Shown: one piece after another, positions 58,720-64,000 of the stretch
Layout of the letters: every line of letters begins with the position of its first letter
Numbering within the stretch: position 1 is the stretch's first letter
From: Octopus vulgaris
Lineage: Eukaryota
Reading direction: 5' to 3'
NCBI GenBank assembly: GCA_951406725.2
Contig: OX597832.1
Location: forward strand, 62,682,001-62,746,000
DNA length: 64,000 bases
The notes under the pieces: model-generated
Database searches by the model: none
Told to the model about the DNA's origin: nothing
Seen by the model: the letters and a program-made list of their open reading frames with translations, nothing else
Translations under genes and position numbers: made by a program

Positions 58720-60455
58720 GAAATCCTCCCACTCCTCGGAACTTTCCAGGAAGTAATTCCTCCCCGCCTCAGAAATTTCCAGGAAGTAATGAACCTTACT
58801 TGGAACTTTCTAGGAAGTAATTCCTTCCCCTCCTCAGGAATTTCCAGGAAGTAAATCCTTCCCCTCCTCGGAATTTTCCAGGAAGTAATCCCACCTTCCT
58901 AGGAAAATTTCCAGGAAGTAATTCCTCCGCCTCCTAGGAACTTTCCAGCAAGTAATTCAACCACCTCCTCAGAACTTTCCAAGAAGGAAATCCTCCCCTT
59001 GCACCCTTTCCTCCCCTTCCTTCCTTCCCACTCTGAAATCAGCCTCTCTGGAATGTTCAACGATTCTTCCTCCCCTTCTTCCACTTCCCCTCCCAAATCC
59101 CCCTCTCTGCAATGTTCAACAGTTCTTCCTCCCCTTCCCTTCTCAAATACCCTCTGAAACACCATCTCTGCAATTTTCAAGATGCCTTCTTCCCCTTCCT
59201 CCCCTTCCCCCTCTTATATCCCCCTCTCAGGAATGTTCAGCAATTCTTCCTCCCCTCTCTTGAATGTTCAAGATTCCTTTGTCCCCTTTTGGCCTTCCTC
59301 CTCTCAAATCACCCTCTCTGTAATGTTCAGCAATCCTTCCTCCCCATTCGTCCCATTCCCCTCTCAAATCCTTCACTTCACCCCTTGTTTCCCCTCCTTT
59401 GAACTTTCTTCTACCTTGGAACTTTCCCTGAAGGAATTCTTCCCCCTACTGGGAACTGTCCCGGAAGTAATTCCTCCCCTTCCTTTGAATTTTCCAGGAA
59501 GTGACTCCTCCTTTTCCTCCCACACCTCGGAACTTTCCAAGATGTAAATCCTCCCCTTACTCGGATTTTTCCAGGACATAATTCCTCCCCTTCCTACACC
59601 TACTTGGAACCTCCCAGGAAGTAATAACTCCCTATCCTCGGAACTTTCCAGGAAGTAACTCCTCCTATTCCTTGGAAAATTCCATGAAGGAATTCTTCCC
59701 ATTCCAACCCTTCCTTGGAAATGTCCAGGAAGTATTCCTCCACTCCTGCGAACTTTCCAGGAGGTAATTCCTCCCATTCCTTGGAAGTTTCCAAGAAGTA
59801 ATTTGTCTTCTTCCTGGAATCTTTCCAGGGAGTAATTCCTACTCCTCATCGGAACTTTCCAGGAATTATTCCCTCCATTCCAGGAAGTAATTCCTCCCCT
59901 CCTTAGAACTTTCCAAGAACTAATTCTATCCTTCCCTCTTCTCCTCGGAACTTTCCAGAAAGTAATGCCCCCTTCCTAGGAACTTTCCAGGGCGTAATTC
60001 AACTCTTTCTTTTTCTCGGATCTTTCCAGGAAGTAATTCCTCCTCTTCCTATCCTCCTTTGAACTTTCCAGCGAGTAGTTCCTCACCTCGCTTGGAACTT
60101 TCCAGAAAGTAATTCGTCCCGGCCCTGAAACTTTGCAGGAAGTATTTCCGCTCCTCCCTGGGAATTTCCAGGAAATAATTTTCCCCCTTCCTCCCCTTCC
60201 TTGGAACTTTCCAGGAAGTAATTCCTCTCCTTCTTTCCCTTCCTTGGAACTTTCCATGGAGTAATACCTCCTCCTCGAACCTTTCCAGGAAGTAATTCCT
60301 CATCGTCATCGAAACTTTCCAAGAATTAATTCCTCCCTTTTCCCATCCTCGGGACTTTTCACGAAGTAATTCCTCCCCTTCCTTAGATATTTCCAGAAAG
60401 TAATTCCTCCCCCTCCTCGGAACTTTCCAGGAAATAGTCCCCCCTCTCTGAAATC
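58720..60455. repeat. Tripartite minisatellite: ~33-43 bp GGAACTTTCCAGGAAGTAATTCCTCC units flanking a ~60 bp-unit block
   Basis: About 8 units at 58738-58995, about 6 ctctcaaatc..gaatgttca units at 59030-59375, about 30 units at 59400-60440 (manual count). Confidence 0.9.
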
Positions 60456-60959
60456 TATACTGAACAAAAATTGATTGAATTTATGTAGTGAGATATGTGT
60501 TTGATCCCTGGCAAATACGGTGACAAGTTGAAATGTTTTTCATTCTCATCAGTAGAGCAAGTGTAACATTCAACCAGGTAAGACAGACATCAGGATAATT
60601 AACAAATGAAGAATTAGAGTAGAAAGTATTTACAGATTAGGTTATGTAAGATAATAACATAGAAAAGGCACTATGATTAAAATCTGGTCTAGAAGGGACA
60701 ACCCTATCGCTTTATACATACAAAACGACGTCTTCCTATATGCTCTCTTTATTTGTAACACCGTTGGTATGAGATTTAACTACTATTTCTAACAGTCAAC
60801 CTACATGGATTACTCTAATATTTCAGTGTACAGTCAAATTAACTGAGGGTACGCTTCAATTCATTTGGCTTACATAAATAGGAAGCACGTCTTCGAGGAA
60901 TTTCCTATATCTTATTTAAACTTCATGCTTATCTGCACAAAGCTACTGGAATCCATACC

Positions 60960-61062
60960 AACACTCTCTCTCTCTCACTCTCATACCTACACACACACAC
61001 TCATGTAGTTATTATCGATACGTATATATACATACTCACATACTCGCATATATATGTATATA

Positions 61063-61103
<41 letters not shown>

Positions 61104-61316
61104 TATATATATATACCTATATATACATATATATACATGTATATACATATATATACATATATATATATATATAAATATACATATATATATATATAAATAT
61201 ACATATATATATAAATAATTATATATATATTCATATATCTATATACACACATATATATATATATATACATATATATACAAATATATATATATACATACAT
61301 GTATATATATATACAA

Positions 61317-61347
<31 letters not shown>

Positions 61348-61468
61348 CATACATATACATATATACATATATATATACACATATATATATATATATATGC
61401 ATACATACATACATATATATATAAATATAATGTATATACATATATATATATATATACGTATTCACACA

Positions 61469-61529
<61 letters not shown>

Positions 61530-61611
61530 ATATATATATGTATATATGTATATGTATATATATATACATGTATATATATATACATATACATATATACATA
61601 TATATATACAC

Positions 61612-61648
<37 letters not shown>

Positions 61649-61815
61649 AATATATGCGTGTGTGAATACGTATATATATATATGTATATACATTATATTT
61701 ATATATATATATGTATGTATGTATGCATATATATATATATATATATTTATTTATGTATATATATGTATACCCATATCTGCGTGTGTGTTTATGTATGGTG
61801 AATATGTCTATATAG

Positions 61816-61856
<41 letters not shown>

Positions 61857-61888
61857 AAGATATATGTATATATCTGGTTGTGTATATA

Positions 61889-61931
<43 letters not shown>

Positions 61932-62010
61932 TATGTATGTATGTATGTACGTATGTAAGTATGTATGTATGTATGTATGTATGTATGTATGTATGTATGT
62001 ATGTATGTGT
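60960..62010. repeat. ~1 kb degenerate (AT)n/(ATAC)n tract
   Basis: Directly visible; similar tracts at 5480-6120, 19340-19950, 31980-32320, 47635-48025 and 55940-56140. Confidence 0.95.
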
Positions 62011-62552
62011 ATGTCTTTCACCGGCTGAAGATCTTGTTTACGCTTCATTAATATAATGGCCAGAAGTTATTTTCGTCTCGATTGTTAATCGTGCTTTATA
62101 AGTTTTCACTTTCTTCCATCATAATTTTCCGCTCTTCCTTCTTTTTCTGTCTCGTTATTTCATTGAAGATATCTTTAAATATGTTTGTCCACATACACAC
62201 ATACAACACACACAACACACACTTGCATTCTAACATACACAAAGGCATATATTTTCATAAGCGTATATATTAATGTATATATATATATATTATCTATATA
62301 TATTATATTATATAATCTATATATATATTGATGTATGTATGTTATTGTATGTGTGTATTTATATATATATATGATATATATATATATAATCATATATATG
62401 GATATATATATACTTACATAACCATATGCATGTATTATGTGATTATAGAAGTATATATGAATGTATATATTCATATACGTATTATATACATATATACCGC
62501 ATATGATTTTATGCACGTATGTTTAAGTATACGCATATGTATATATGTGTGT

Positions 62553-62618
<66 letters not shown>

Positions 62619-62971
62619 GAGATCGAGATGTATAATGTAATAATATTAAGAAACTCACTGAAATCGATGAAAAGAGTTTAACCAAAAGATCATGTTTCGT
62701 CGTTTTCCTTGTAGTTCTAATTAGTTGTTTTTCTATTTTCTGGAACATGAAAGAATTTAATTATATTTTGGGATTAACAGTAACATTAATTAGTTAAAAC
62801 TCAGCAATGAAAACCATTGAGATGAAGTGTGAATTAATTTATCCGTGTGCAAATGTCCGGTTAGTATTGATGCGGAGTCAATTGAGGAATACTTGTGATT
62901 ATCGGTGTAAATCTAAAAACCAATATCATACTAAACAAGTGAATTATATATATATATATATATATATATAA

Positions 62972-63057
<86 letters not shown>

Positions 63058-63064
63058 GTGTGAG

Positions 63065-63370
63065 TTTATGATCGTGAGCTTCTGAGTTCGATTCCCGGAC
63101 CGAGCGGCGTGTTGTGTTCTTGAGCAAGACACTTTATTTCACGTTGCTCCCGTTCACTAAGCTGTAGAAACGAGTTGCGACGTCACAGGTATAAAGCTGT
63201 ATCGGCCCCTTTGCCTTTCCCTTGGATAACATCGGTGGCGTGGGTGGGGAGAGAGGCTGGTATGAATGGGCGACTGTTGGTCTTCCACAAACAACCTTGC
63301 CCGGACTTGTGCCTCGGAGAATAAATTTCTAGATACGTATCCCATGGCCATTTATGACCGAGGCGGTCTC
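63065..63370 (+). mobile_element. CORE-like SINE family C (related fragment at 33300-33430)
   Basis: B box gagttcgattccc then ttgtgttcttgagcaagacactttatttcacgttgctcc. Confidence 0.65.
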
Positions 63371-63396
63371 CTCTTCTCAGTTTCTCTGTCTGTCTG

Positions 63397-63478
<82 letters not shown>

Positions 63479-63486
63479 AGATCGAG

Positions 63487-63565
<79 letters not shown>

Positions 63566-63799
63566 GTAGATAGATGAATGCGTGTAAGTATATTCATGTG
63601 TATTTCATGATATTGTATGCATTTATTTGCAGATCCACGTTGCTACTCGGATATCTGCTTTCCATTACTGTAATATTTCTACAGTCAGATATAAGAGTAT
63701 CGAAAGAATAGAAGCTAGAACATGAGCAACACTCCTCCGAAAAACTGTTCCACAGAAGAAAATACTGGTATCCCATCGGTTACTAGTTGATGCAATCAA

Positions 63800-63950
63800 C
63801 GGGAAAACCTGTTCGTGAAATTAACGTGCAAGTGGCTGAGTACTCCACAGACACGCGTACTCTCAAGGAAGTTCTCACAGAGATTCAGCATGATACTGAA
63901 TGTTACATGCCTGGCCCCTTTCAATTACAGGTACAATTCATTTTTGATCA
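63800..63950 (-). mobile_element. Probable SINE fragment of another family
   Basis: aattaacgtgcaagtggctgagtactccacagacac.. looks like a dispersed repeat I recall; single copy here. Confidence 0.35.
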
Positions 63951-64000
63951 ATCCCAATCCCAAAATCTAATCAGTTCGTGCCAGGCACGCGGTCAAGCAT

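Noticed and set aside
58899-60322. ORFs across the minisatellite
   Set aside because: Frames are open only because of the repeat; they shift often and encode no domain.
58720-60455. CRISPR array
   Set aside because: Repeats are degenerate, linkers are short, low-complexity and related to each other, there are no cas genes and the context is eukaryotic.

Overview
AT-rich eukaryotic, repeat-dominated window with no host protein-coding gene I can support. Nearly all ORFs in the supplied track are translations of microsatellites. The SINE repertoire and (AT)n/(TAA)n density suggest a coleoid cephalopod such as Octopus (inference from pattern recall only). The main element is a near full-length R4/Dong-type non-LTR retrotransposon (RT, CCHC, restriction-like endonuclease; about 40374-44354) bounded by TAA repeats, with one in-frame TGA at a probable Trp codon. 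About 11 older relics of that clade are present, plus an internally deleted Helitron with both termini, mariner and Tc1 relics, Tx1/L1, CR1 and RTE 3' fragments, several SINE families, foldback elements and Penelope-like relics with degenerate hammerhead motifs. Most notable: (1) a ~1.7 kb tripartite array of roughly 38 GGAACTTTCCAGGAAGTAATTCC units with variable linkers; (2) a ~550 bp TAA-flanked non-coding element bracketed by a >200 bp apparent target duplication; (3) a SINE sharing its 3' tail with a Tx1/L1 LINE in the window and also occurring as a recurrent dimer; (4) a 97 bp inverted repeat around a hammerhead-like core. Coordinates of decayed elements are approximate and were read by eye.
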